DNA of 62,755 bases, the filler included, from Craspedostauros australis (lineage: Eukaryota): NCBI GenBank assembly GCA_030167865.1. It is 16 parts of 16 records of this genome, joined end to end, with 100 filler letters (N's around TTAATTAATTAA, not from the genome) between each part and the next. Parts side by side here need not be neighbours in the genome. Positions count along the whole stretch, not along the records: positions 24,958 to 32,478 come from JALAGF010005408.1; positions 32,579 to 36,324 come from JALAGF010005409.1; 14 more parts are not named here. One strand, given 5' to 3'. This document shows positions 24,858 to 36,424 of the stretch, piece after piece. Positions within the stretch are counted from its first letter, which is position 1, and each line of letters opens with the position of its first letter. Below the pieces are notes generated by a model, which was not told the origin of the DNA, ran no database searches, and saw only the letters and a list, made by a program, of their open reading frames with translations. A program made the translations under genes and the position numbers.

Positions 24858-25130
24858 NNNNNNNNNNNNNNNNNNNNNNNNNNNNNNNNNNNNNNNNNNN
24901 NTTAATTAATTAANNNNNNNNNNNNNNNNNNNNNNNNNNNNNNNNNNNNNNNNNNNNACAGCATTCCAACTACCATACGAATAACACAGTAAACCAACAC
25001 TCTCCTCACCAACAACAACGACTTGATCACTCTACGTTCTCGGTGCGGTATCTTCAAACCCATCTACGATTACGTTCTAACAGTTCTTGTCCAATTTGAA
25101 TCCATGCTCTCATCAAGCAAGAGTGGACAA

Positions 25131-26975
25131 CTAGTCGACAACATCATTGTGGCCCCGTTCTTTCGCAATGTCCAGTGCAGTCACGCCATCGTTATCTTTG
25201 ATGCTGATGTCTGCGTTGCACGATTCCACCAAGTACTTCACGACCTCCACGTTACCATGCCAACTTGCCCGACAAAGTGGAGTTTTGCCATCCTTGTTTT
25301 GAATGTTGACATTCGCGTTGCACGATTCCACCAAATACTTCACGACCTCCAAGTTGCCATTTGCGCTCGCAAGGTGCAGTGCAGGGCTGCCATACTGGCC
25401 GGTTTTGATGTTGATATCGACCTTGCCTTGTTCAACCAACGACTTCACAACGTCGAGATTCCCAGCAATGCTTACGCGATGGAGGACGGTGGAGCCATCC
25501 TCGTCTTTCACGTTCAAATCGACATTGGGTGTTCCGATGAGATACTTGACAATGTCGCTGTGATTGTTATGATGTGCCTTGAAGATTGGAGTCTCGTGTT
25601 TGTCGTTCTCAGCGTTGATATTGGCTTTGCCGGATTCAACCAGCCACTTCACAACATCGAGATGGCCATCGCCACTTGCGAGATGGAGCACGGTGTTACC
25701 ATCCTCGTGTCGGGAGTTGGGATGTATGTTTGGTGTTCCGATGAGATACTCGACAACATCGAAGTGGCTGTGGCAATATGCCTTGTAGAGGGGAGTCTCG
25801 CACTCATGATTCTCAGCATTGATATTGGCTTCGCCTTGTTCAACCAGCCACTTCACAACATCCAGATGTCCACCCACGGTTGCAAGATGGAGTGCAGTGT
25901 TGCCACCCTTGTTCTCAGCGCTGCCATCGATGTTCGCTTTGCCTGAGCCCACCAAATGCTTCACCAAATCCAGATGACCTCTAGCACTTGCGCAGTGAAG
26001 CAAAGTGTCGCCATTCTCGTCCTTGATATTGATGTCCACCTGTCCTGACTCCACCAACCATCTCACAACGTCCAGATGACGTTTGGAATATGCAGACTGG
26101 AGAGCCGTGCCACCAGCGTCATTCTCAACATGAACATCTGCCTTGCACGACTTCACCAGGTACTCTGCAACATCCAAATGACCATTTCTGTACGCAACAT
26201 GAAGTGCAGTATCGCCGTCATTGTTCTGGACGTCGATAGCCACAGCACGAGCCTCCATCACATACTTCAAGATATCAAGATGGCCCTTCAGACACACATT
26301 GTGGATCGCAGTATTGCCGAATTCATCTTGCACATTGATTTCCACTCCATGTGATCCAACGAGGTATTCCACAACATCCAAACGCCCATGAAGACACGCG
26401 GCATGGAGGGCATTCTCACCCTTCTCATCTTGCACGAGAGCGCTTGCAGAATATGACTCGATCAGAGTCTTCACGATGGCCGTATGCCCCTCGGTGCATG
26501 CGTCGTGGAGTGCCACCTTGCCGGAGTTATCCTGGAGGTTGACATCTGCAGTATGCGACCCGGCCAGGTATTCCACAACCTCGACGTTGCCCTGTGCGCA
26601 TGCATAGTGTAGCGCAGTCTCTCCATCCATGGATTGGGCATTGATGTCCGCTCCGCATGACTCCACCAACTGTTGGATCGTTGCAAGCTGGCCGTTGGAG
26701 CATGCGAGGTGGAGTACAGTCTTGTCGCGGTGATCCTTGATCGTGTCGATGGAGGTTTGTGGAAATGCCGCCTTCCACGCGGTGAGGGTGTCCACATCTC
26801 CTCGTTCTGCGGCGCGCAGGAGATCCTGGTCGGTGATGGTTGGCGGGGGTGCATCACCAGGGGTCGACTTGAGCGAAAGGAGAGATGAACATGTTGTGGT
26901 TTGTGTTGACGAAGCCTGGAGGTTGCGCAATGGTGAGGCGAAGAGCGCCACGAGTGGGGGACGGATGAAGACCAT
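25131..26975 (-). CDS. Ankyrin repeat protein (~16 repeats, 614 aa)
   Basis: Repeated GxTxLHxAxxxGHLDVVKYLV units; S/T-rich N-terminal extension. Confidence 0.93.
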   Translation of the reverse strand: MVFIRPPLVALFASPLRNLQASSTQTTTCSSLLSLKSTPGDAPPPTITDQDLLRAAERGDVDTLTAWKAAFPQTSIDTIKDHRDKTVLHLACSNGQLATIQQLVESCGADINAQSMDGETALHYACAQGNVEVVEYLAGSHTADVNLQDNSGKVALHDACTEGHTAIVKTLIESYSASALVQDEKGENALHAACLHGRLDVVEYLVGSHGVEINVQDEFGNTAIHNVCLKGHLDILKYVMEARAVAIDVQNNDGDTALHVAYRNGHLDVAEYLVKSCKADVHVENDAGGTALQSAYSKRHLDVVRWLVESGQVDINIKDENGDTLLHCASARGHLDLVKHLVGSGKANIDGSAENKGGNTALHLATVGGHLDVVKWLVEQGEANINAENHECETPLYKAYCHSHFDVVEYLIGTPNIHPNSRHEDGNTVLHLASGDGHLDVVKWLVESGKANINAENDKHETPIFKAHHNNHSDIVKYLIGTPNVDLNVKDEDGSTVLHRVSIAGNLDVVKSLVEQGKVDINIKTGQYGSPALHLASANGNLEVVKYLVESCNANVNIQNKDGKTPLCRASWHGNVEVVKYLVESCNADISIKDNDGVTALDIAKERGHNDVVD

Positions 26976-27528
26976 GATGGAGTTGGTGTGTGTTGAGATG
27001 GAACGGCTTGTTGCTCAGACGTGATCAATGCGACGGGCTTTTCATGTGATTTGAATGATTGTTTGGATGATTGCAGTCGCTTGATCGCATCTGTGTCTGC
27101 TTTTTATGAAGCGATCATGTTCTGCTTCATGATCGTTGGTGGTGGTGTCCCTTGTTCTGTTTCACGCGGCGTGCATGGCATTGCGTTGCTTGCTGTTTCA
27201 CGATGATTGTCATTTCACATTGTTGCCGTGATACCACTCTGTGATTGTCCCATCAACTTTGGCGTCAGCTTGAACATCAGCTTGGACAGTCTTGAACGTG
27301 ATCGTGGCCAGCCACAGAAGGAGAAAGTTGATCGTGGGCGAAGGTGTCGGAAGTCATCATTGTGCGTGTCATCATTCTTGGAATGTGGAGACGACCGAGG
27401 ATCCTGCGAGCGTGGTATGACTATGTTGCAAAGAATGGGAGTCAACACGAATCTGGAGAAACCGCTGGTGTTCCGTGTTGGAACGTGCCCGCTCTGTGGC
27501 GCCGAAATTGGTCACGGCTCCCTTCTGC

Positions 27529-27531
<3 letters not shown>

Positions 27532-27571
<40 letters not shown>

Positions 27572-27582
27572 TTGTTGTTGTT
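27532..27582. repeat. Compound microsatellite (CTG)n(TTG)n
   Basis: Direct inspection. Confidence 0.9.
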
Positions 27583-28260
27583 GTTCTCATCTGTTTTCCA
27601 GGAAGGTACGATGGATCGGTTGCGTCCTCGTAGTGCCATGGCGACTGATGTCCCTCCTGCATGCAATTCTCCGCGTGTGCGTGGACGAGAGGAAGAACAC
27701 GGTGGAAGTGTTCGTGCCGTGGGATCTCCGGCTGCTGATGCTAATACTTCGAATCTCTCTACTTGTAGTTCGATACTTCTGCTGGTATCACTTCTGTTGG
27801 TACCACTTCTACTCGTATGCACATCATCATCATTGTGTTTGTCGCAGCGTCGTCAGTCCTTTGGCTGGCGGTACAATGGGGCATCCATGATCATTCGAGT
27901 GCTCATCTCACGCCATGCTTTTTGTTGTCGGTGGTCATTCATTCACGAATCAGTTGCTTTCTTCGACATTGAGTCACGCGATGCACTCAATCAACGTTCA
28001 CCCAACGGTCGCTGCGAATCTGGCCACTGTCGCCATTGCCATCATTGTCATCACTGCAGTCATAGCACAATACCAGTCAGTGCCGAGGATGCTGCCAATC
28101 AAAGGCACGCGCAAGAGGAAGCGGTATCGCACCATACCATACCACACCACACCATACCTACTTCATCCTGATCGCAGCAGTGTGCGCAGTGCATTGGCTC
28201 AACAACGCAACGGCAGATGGCAGCCCACTGCACAAACACGATGGATCGTTCGCGCGAAAG

Positions 28261-29850
28261 ATGATGGCCGGCATTTTGGTGTGCTTCATGCTTCTGCAAG
28301 CCAAGGGTCTGTACAATGCATCGAATCATCCCTGGTTTCTGGACTCTTCAATTCCACTGGAGGGTGCCGACTATGCCACTCCCATCGATCTGGCTTCTCC
28401 TCGTCGGGATGCACACACGGATGGTTGGAACGACATGGCGACCACCGCATCCGCCGAGTCATTGGTGCAGTCATTGACTCAGGTGTCAATGGCAACACCA
28501 GCGAATACCAGACTACGAGTGGATGGAACACTGCAATCCCCGCATGCTCCTCGCATTCAACAGAAGATGCCGCAACTCGTCCTCCACGTTGGACCATCGA
28601 AGACAGCCACATCCACCATGCAAGCCAACATGCAAGAGCTCAAGCAGAAAGGGGTTTTCGAGCAGGACAACTTCGTCTACTGGGGGCGGGAATCTTTTGA
28701 TGGAAGATATGGTGGGATCGAACTTAACTCCATTGGTGAGTTATGGAACGTCACCTGCATGCACAAGGAGTACGCAGACTATCTCCAACGGAAACGACAT
28801 TCCGTCGATGCCAGGAACGCCAACAATTTGACGATTTTGTCCACTGAATTCGATTCAGCGGCGTCTTCGCCCACGCATGCTGTTCCGGCTTGCATACGGA
28901 ACGTCAAGAACCTTCTGGATTCATTGAGGCAGGATGGCATGCCCTTGATTGTGAGCGACGAATTGTATTCCTGGAGAACACGATTTCGAAGGACGGGGAT
29001 CTATCACAAGCCCATGTTCTTTGATCACCTCCAGGACTTGCTACAGGGTTGGAATGTGACCGTCGTCGTCACCTATCGCCGTGTCTTCGACTGGATGCTC
29101 AGCAGCATCAAGCAGGATCACTCCCGCAAAATTGAAAAGGTGTTGGCGATAAGCCAATGGCCTGCCGTCGGTGGAAAGCCTCAAGAACGGACTTGGCCCA
29201 TCATTTGCGGTTGGGTCCGCCAGAGCTTTCCTCTTGCGCGAGATCCCAACAGGCGCCAGACGGTCACAGGGACGTACGCCTTCATGGATGGTTCCATACA
29301 TCTCTGGAATTCAGGCGGCTTTGCAACGAACATCCTCAACATGCATTCCCAACGCCACATCACGCAGCAGCTGATTTGCGATTTCATCCATGATGCGCCC
29401 CATTCCTGTCGGTATCTGGAGGAGAAAAAAGACAACCCACCAAGGAACGTTCGCAACATGCTGTGGTACAAGCACAACAATATTATCTTCTCAGCCGCGT
29501 AGCGAGGCGTGATTCCCCAAAACAAGCAAGCCCGCCAATCAAGCATAAGCATTGCGAATCTACTGGCACGCTACCATGGTCGCACCTGCAACAAGACGAT
29601 GGCAGATCTGCCATTGATTTGCCCTTCCGACGATCAGCTGGAGCACTTTCTGAACATGTCGCTGAATATAGAACGCCAATTGATGCCTGATTGGTACGCT
29701 TCTCCAGAGGGCGAATCGCTGCGTCGATCAGCATTTCAACACACCGCGTATCGCAAACGTGAGTTTTGTGAAGTGGACTTGGACCGACTCTTTCAGAATG
29801 TCACGTCCTGGAATGGTCTGTTGCGGAACCTCAATCGGACCTGGGATTGA
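28261..29850 (+). pseudogene. Membrane-anchored P-loop/sulfotransferase-like protein interrupted by one in-frame TAG (29500-29502)
   Basis: Hydrophobic N-terminus, LVLHVGPSKTATSTMQ, IVSDE, VVVTYRR motifs. ORFs 28180-29502 and 29509-29850 are in the same frame, separated only by TAG. The true start is uncertain. Confidence 0.65.
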
Positions 29851-30441
29851 GGTGAGGCTGCAGCGTCCTGCAACTGCTATCCGCGTGCAACGTCGCAACC
29901 AGCAATGATGGGCTTCTTCGCTGTTGTGGGTTCCGACATGCCATTGCATGTCAATAGAGTAGAGTACATACCCATGCATTGTAAATGAATCAATTTGATG
30001 AACATGGAAATGAGTTTCGTCAAGCATGTGGTACAGCATAGTGTTAGGATCTACGGAAGGTACCATGCTGTTGAGAGTAAGTACTCTGTTTATTTGCAGG
30101 TATGGGTTGGAAATGAGGTGGCTTTCCTTTTCGAAATCACGACAATAGTACTGGTACAGTCGTGCGTAGATACTCCATGGTCTCGACTTGAACTCGTAGA
30201 CTTCAGTTGATTGTATGTAAATACGGACAGACTATTGCAGTGTCAGACAGCGATGTGAACTCGGGATTGTCGCACGACTGAGAACACGATGGAATTCGAT
30301 CGAAGAACACTTCGAGACATTCTCCGAAAATCGAGCAATCATGGCACGACTCGTCTGAGAAACACAAACCTCCTCACAAAATGCAACAAGCAACAACTCA
30401 CAAAATGCAACAACAAGCCACAAGCAACAACGGACACGACA

Positions 30442-30597
30442 ATGATATTCTCACTTTCACCATTCGATACCTACGATGGCGAGCACGAGCCGTACTTTCG
30501 CCGCAGTCAGCCGCAACACTATACGACTATGAACGCCGATGAGATGTACAATCGGAGACACGCGGCCGTCGTTGCTCGGAGAGAAGCGCAACGATGA
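30442..30597 (+). pseudogene. Possible truncated 5' gene fragment (MIFSLSPFDTYDGEHEPYFRR...)
   Basis: ATG follows a CAA-rich UTR-like leader. The ORF stops where the opposite-strand dehydrogenase-like sequence appears to end. Confidence 0.35.
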
Positions 30598-31494
30598 CCC
30601 TTGACAACCGTCAGCGCTTCTTCTGCCAGAATGAGGAACGTCGCCACGAGCAGGGTTGCTCCGGCACCGCCTGATCCCGCCGTGAAGAACCCGAAATCGA
30701 CATTGAGATCGGCCAGCTTGAGGTTCTTGTTTTGCTGCAGAACTTGCCGCACGAGCTGCTTGGCCATGAGACTGGAAACGCCTGGCCAGCATCCGGTGCT
30801 GATGATGCAAGGGACGTTGGATTCGATGGCCTTTGCATTGTACTTCGCCTTGGTGGCAGAGCCTGTGCAGTAGTCATTGCAGACGTCGATGTAAGCAACG
30901 CTGTTGGACACGCAGGCCGCGATGACACCGTTGGGCGTCTTGACCTTGCCTTGGAAGGGACCGGCCGTGTGCACGCACATATCGTAGCGCCCCGCTGCAG
31001 CACCTATGCGACGGATTGCCCCTCCTCGCGGTCCAGAGCCTGGAATTGCACATCGTCCACCGGTAGATTGGGGAAGCTGGCGTGCCAGCGTTGCTGCGCC
31101 GCGAGGAAGGAATCGACGCTGGTGCCACCCACGGTGACCGCCGATCCTCGCTTCAGCAGCTGCGTNNNNNNNNNNNNNNNNNNNNNNNNNNNNNNNNNNN
31201 NNNNNNNNNNNNNNNCTTCAGCAGCTGCGTCACGACGCTTCCGCCCACGCGTCCCGATCCACCGACCACCAGGACATTCTTTCCGTCCAGCGCATCAAAG
31301 GAGATCTCTTGCTTGGCTGCCAGGCGCAACGAAGGAAGTCTCCGAGCGGCGCAAGCACCAGCATCCCCATGAGCCTCGTGGCCTACTATCGAAGCTGATG
31401 AAGGCCATGAAGGCAATGAAGGAACGAACGCAATGCTTGTTGAAAGACAGCATGCGAACGCATAGCACGCGACGAGGCAATGCGATCTGATCAT
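30596..31494 (-). pseudogene. Plastid-targeted saccharopine dehydrogenase-like oxidoreductase, disrupted and 3' truncated
   Basis: Signal peptide with SIA|FVP (ASAFAP-like), Rossmann VLVVGGSGRVG, VHTAGPF, YIDVC, STGCWPGVSSLMA, TAGSGGAG. In-frame TAG at 31006-31004 and a frameshift near 30990. Confidence 0.82.
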
Positions 31495-32085
31495 CGTCGA
31501 GCAAGGGAGTCGTATGATGTTTACTCTCGAGAAGAGTACGTATTGTGTTTGGGTATTGTGGGTCGAAGTTTGTGCAATGTGTGTTGCTGTCTTCTCGAGG
31601 GAGAATCTCAGCGAACGCAGATGGCGAACATTTCTGAGTCAAGGATACGCACACGCACGTGACAAAGTGGAGTCGCGAATCCTTCCTCACACTCGCACGA
31701 CTCGTTTGAGTGACGGGACCTGAAGATCGCATTTTTTAACACCCACAGCAACACAAGGTCGTACGGTGACTTGTGCACAAAGAGAGGAAGAGAGGACCAT
31801 GCGACCAAGACTACAAGACAACAACACCACTCAGCCCCACACTCGAGGACATCAGGGACACCCAGCAAAAAGCAAAGGAAACGGAAACTCGACTAGTACG
31901 ACTAATTCGACACCCAAGAACGATTTTGTCACCCAGACACGAGAAAGCCACATTCGACATTTCGCCATTGACAAAGAACGAATCTTCTTTCAAAAAACAT
32001 CGCATGAAAGTCTGTTGGTCCTAGTCCGGAGAAATACAAAAGGACATCAATACCGCTTGCCTGCTTGATCGAGTCCCGTCAATAT

Positions 32086-32437
32086 CAATGACACGAAAAT
32101 CCAGAATCTAAATAAATCGAATGACGACTATTTAATTCGAATGAAGTCTAAATAATTCAAATGGTGTCTACATAAATCAAATGACGAGACTATTTAAATC
32201 GATGCCGTCTAAACATTTCAAATGACGACTAATAAATTCGAATGGCGTCTAAATAAATCAAGGGTATCTCTGTGGCACGATTGCCCGGGAATAAATCGAG
32301 ACGAAGCGTGTGGAGGTCATTTTCGGAGTTTTCCTCAAATACCCCTTAAATGAAATTGGCGTCTGTGACCCACGAAGAGTTCCTGAGAACGAAAGTAAGA
32401 GTCGAGAACGTTCTTTTCGCAGAAACGGTTGTCATTG
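32086..32437. mobile_element. Candidate MITE with 8-bp TIR CAATGACA...TGTCATTG and an internal 20-bp array
   Basis: TIRs at 32086-32093 and 32430-32437. The left 16-mer CAATGACACGAAAATC recurs at 57807. The TSD match is imperfect. Confidence 0.45.
32108..32260. repeat. Degenerate ~20-bp tandem repeat x8 (CTAAATAAATCGAATGACGA-like)
   Basis: cta...tcRaatg recurs about every 20 bp. Confidence 0.85.
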
Positions 32438-32578
32438 TCAACACAACATGCTTTGATTGGCTGGATCAGTCAAATCGCNNNNNNNNNNNNNNNNNNNNNN
32501 NNNNNNNNNNNNNNNNNNNNNNTTAATTAATTAANNNNNNNNNNNNNNNNNNNNNNNNNNNNNNNNNNNNNNNNNNNN

Positions 32579-35500
32579 CACACATCATATGCGCGCGTCA
32601 GGACTGAACGTCTACGATCGCCTAATTGAACATCAGGGACAGCAGCGGGTCTCATCGGACGATATCAGCATACCACTGGAGAACCATGAAGGCAACACGC
32701 TCCGAATTCCCATCAGAAAGCCAACAGCCCACGAGATGGCGACGGCACGGCATATCATCATATGCGACAGACACCAGCGTCTACGACGCAATGCGGGTCG
32801 GGTCGATTTCAAGCGAATCTTCCGACACCTTCCACCACACGTGGTGGAGAAGACAATGGCGGCGTCCACTCAGCTGGCGGATACTCCGATCAAGGCAGAG
32901 TCAAGACTTATCCCGCGGCAGTATCGAGCGCAGCGAGCAGGAGTGCTGCAACCCAACAGAATCGACGGCAGAGTTGATACGGACACGTTCTTCTCTACCG
33001 TCCAGTCCATCAGGCACTACAAGTGCTTTCAGCTATTCTCGCACAACCAATCGAAATTCATCTGGGCGAAGCCACTGAACCGCGAGGCCATGGCGCCAGG
33101 GGCGCTCACGGATTTCATCATCCGCGTCGGCGCTCCGGATCTGCTCGTATCAGACAATTCGCAGGTGCAATCGGGCAAGGCATGGAAAGCGGTCACATCC
33201 CGCTATCTGATCAAGCATCAGTTCACTGTGCCCATGAATCAGAACCAGAACCACGCAGAACGGGCGATCGGCGATGTCAAGCGGCATGCATACCAGCTTC
33301 TGTGGGCCGCATCGGCTCCACTATCATTCTGGTGCTACGCTGTGCAGCACGCAATCGACGCATGGAATTACACGGCGAAGGCAAGCCTCCAATGGCGCAC
33401 TCCAATCGAGATCCTTCGTGGCAACACTCCCGATATCTCGATGTTTCGCTTCACGTTCTTCCAACCCGTCTGGTTCTTCGAACCCATGACCAAATTTCCC
33501 AACCATCCATTCAAGCCAGGGTACTTCCTTGGCATCGCATGGAACCACGGAGATCCATTCACCTACACTATATGGTCACCACGAGGCGACGACGTCACGA
33601 AGGGCACCGCGCTTGTGCGCAACATCGTCAAGCCGCGTGTCGTCGAAGACGCCGTTCCTCCACGCATCACAGACGCGGAAATCAGCCGCATCGCTCAACT
33701 GGATATCATTCACACCACTACGCGCGGCGAATCCGGCGAACGCGCCAGGACCAAGACTTTGCCGGCGGAACTCGCTCGACAGGTCCGTGAGGCCATCGAC
33801 GCGATTGCTGTGCAGTCAGGGGCGGCGGCGGGTCCACCGGAGCCGGAGACGCAGGAGGTCAGGGGCGTATCCGCTAACAACACGCCAGCAGGCACGGCTG
33901 ACCGATGGTTCGGTCAACCAAACATAATTCCCAACGACGGCGACATGCCGGAACATAATGCACACGGCGTCATCTCGGATGACGACGGCGACGCATCCAC
34001 GGATAACATCTCTGAGGAGACCGATGACTCCGAAGTCACGGCGATGCCAGACCCTCCGGAGCACCGCTCTCAGGGGCGTGAGTCCTCTCTCATTGAGAGA
34101 GAGCATGACGAGCTGTTCCGAAATCAGGTCGAAAACGAGAAATCTGACGACTTGGCAATCAACTCCATCCTCAGCCACGCATTCAGAGACGGACATCTAC
34201 ACTTCAACGTGCAATGGTCCAATACTGAAACGCAATGGTTCCGATATGACGTGATCCGCGCCGACCATCCCGAAATGGTAGCACGATACATCATTGACAA
34301 TGAACCACGACGCAACGGTCGACACAATCGACAATCGCAAGTCCTACTCAAATGGGCGAAACATGCTCTGCGAGCCATCAGGCGTAGAATCAGACGAATC
34401 GAGCAAACTCGAGTCTTCACAACGGATGAGAACAACAACATCATCATCATCAGACGAATCCGTCCAGGCAAGAAGAAGCCGAAACGAGATTACTTCGCCA
34501 CTGTATATCAATACGGTGTCGAGGTCCCACGCAACATGAAGCATGCATTGCAACTGGATGAAGCCAACGGGGATCATCAATGGAGAGACGCAGCGAAGAA
34601 AGAGATCGACGCATTGATCGAACTCGACTGCTTCACATTCCACCCACCGACATACCAACCACCAGCAGACTACCAGAGCACGAAACTCCGACTCATCTTC
34701 GCGGTCAAGCAAGATCTGCGACGCAAGGGGCGCTTGGTAGCAGGCAGGCATCTCATCGAGCTGGCGGACAACATCCGAGTCTACTCATCAACTGTCAAGT
34801 CGACAAGCGTCCGCATCCTTGATGCAATAGCAGATGCAAACAACCTGCAACAGCTATGTGGCGACGTCGGCAACGCATTCGTCAACGCGTACACCAATGA
34901 GAAGATCTACGCGACAGCAGGAAAGGCATTCGACGACAAAGAAGGACAGGTCATTGTGCTCAAGAAAGCACTGTACGGTCTTCAGTCGAGCGCTCAACGA
35001 TTCCATGCACACTTCGCCAATACTCTCTCATCAATGGGATTCACGCCATCCCGCCATGATCAAGATGTATGGATACAGCGCAGAGACAACTCTGGCTACG
35101 ACTACATCTGCACCCACGTGGACGACTTCAAGATAGTCGCCAAAGACCCAGATCAGTACATGAAAGCGATCCNNNNNNNNNNNNNNNNNNNNNNNNNNNN
35201 NNNNNNNNNNNNNNNNNNNNNNNNNNNNNNNNNNNNNNNNNNNNNNNNNNNNNNNNNNNNNNNNNNNNNNNNNNNNNNNNNNNNNNNNNNNNNNNNNNNN
35301 NNNNNNNNNNNNNNNNNNNNNNNNNNNNNNNACTGCATGACCAACATGTGCCCATGAAGAGCAAGGATCATCCGGAAACGGATGATACGCCACTACTAAC
35401 ACCTGACGAGCAACAGCAGTTCCAGCAGCTCATCGGCATGCTGAACTGGGTTGTACAGCTCGGACGTTTCGACGTCGCATTTGCCACCTCTTCTCTCTCA

Positions 35501-36220
35501 CGTTTCACATCTACACCACGAAAAGGGCATCTCACGAGAGCACTTAAGATATGGGGATACCTCAAGAGCAAATCCACGCTGAGAACCATGATTGACTCAA
35601 AGCCCATCGTATTCGAGAACTTCAATCCAGAATCGCCCAACCCGGAGATGGTTGCACAGATGAAGGAAGAGTACCCCGAAGCGGCTGAGGACATTGACGA
35701 TCAGGCACCGGCAGCGATATATCCTGAGATCCAGATGTGTGCATTCGTCGATGCAGACCACGCTCACGATCTGGTCACGCGGAGATCGAACACCGGCATC
35801 ATCATCTTCCTGGGGCGCACCCCTGTGCACTTCTCCAGCAAACGCCAGACATCAGTCGCGACATCAACATACGGAGCAGAATTCAACGCAATGCGCTCGG
35901 CAACCGAGGAAATCATTGCACTCCGATACACACTCCGATCTCTGGGAGTCACAGTCAAAGCGCCAACGATCACGTTCGGCGACAACAATGCAGTGATATC
36001 GAACACGACCATTGCAGACAGCTTGCTTCAAAAGAAGCACGTGGCAATCTCNTTCCACAGAGTCCGCGANGCGGTGGGAGCTGGAATCCTTGTCCCAGTC
36101 TATGTCCCATCGAAGCGGAACTTTGCAGATATGCTCACGAAAGCACTGGCAAAGCCAGAACTCACATCATTTGTCACAACTCTGTTCTATGCAGGTCTAC
36201 CTCGAGATCAAGGGGCGTGA
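32579..36220 (+). CDS. CoDi pol: integrase, chromodomain-like module, RT, RNase H (5' partial; frame broken by gap 35173-35331)
   Basis: VDTDTFFS, LVSDNS, QNQNHAERAIG, CGDVGNAF, KALYGLQSS, THVDD, FVDADHAHDLVTRRS, TSTYGAEF, NFADMLTK. Confidence 0.94.
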
Positions 36221-36324
36221 CAATTCTCACAGAATTCTTTGAGAAAATTCACTAACCAGGTCGTTTTGGAGGCCAAAGTCCACTAACCAGGTCGTTTTGG
36301 TGCCCGACACGATGATTGGATGAC
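36218..36324 (+). repeat. 3' LTR start (U3) of family C, with 20-bp direct repeat CACTAACCAGGTCGTTTTGG x2
   Basis: Follows the short purine tract AAGGGG. The pol TGA stop is the first three LTR bases. Repeats are at 36250 and 36281. Confidence 0.8.
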
Positions 36325-36424
36325 NNNNNNNNNNNNNNNNNNNNNNNNNNNNNNNNNNNNNNNNNNNNTTAATTAATTAANNNNNNNNNNNNNNNNNNNN
36401 NNNNNNNNNNNNNNNNNNNNNNNN

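Larger units (their letters stand above)
32579..36324 (+). mobile_element. CoDi-I-type Copia family C, 3' part (INT-chromo-RT-RH, start of 3' LTR)
   Basis: Near-identical to 48208-50367 over the overlap. LTR start TGACAATTCTCACAGAATTC at 36218 is shared with 46095. Confidence 0.95.

Noticed and set aside
25023..25946. Long antisense or alternative-frame ORFs (e.g. 25023-25946 +, 10733-12334 +, 15315-16301 +, 41706-42869 -)
   Set aside because: They are shadows of real genes, low-complexity tracts or gap-bridged frames with no independent motifs.
28618..28636. MQANMQ in the sulfotransferase-like gene matching the LRR tail repeat
   Set aside because: It is only about 1.5 units within an otherwise ordinary P-loop helix; likely coincidence.
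25110..31010. Alternative genetic code with TAG as a sense codon
   Set aside because: TAG ends apparently intact genes (53771, 60393), other long ORFs lack internal TAG, and one affected gene also has a frameshift.
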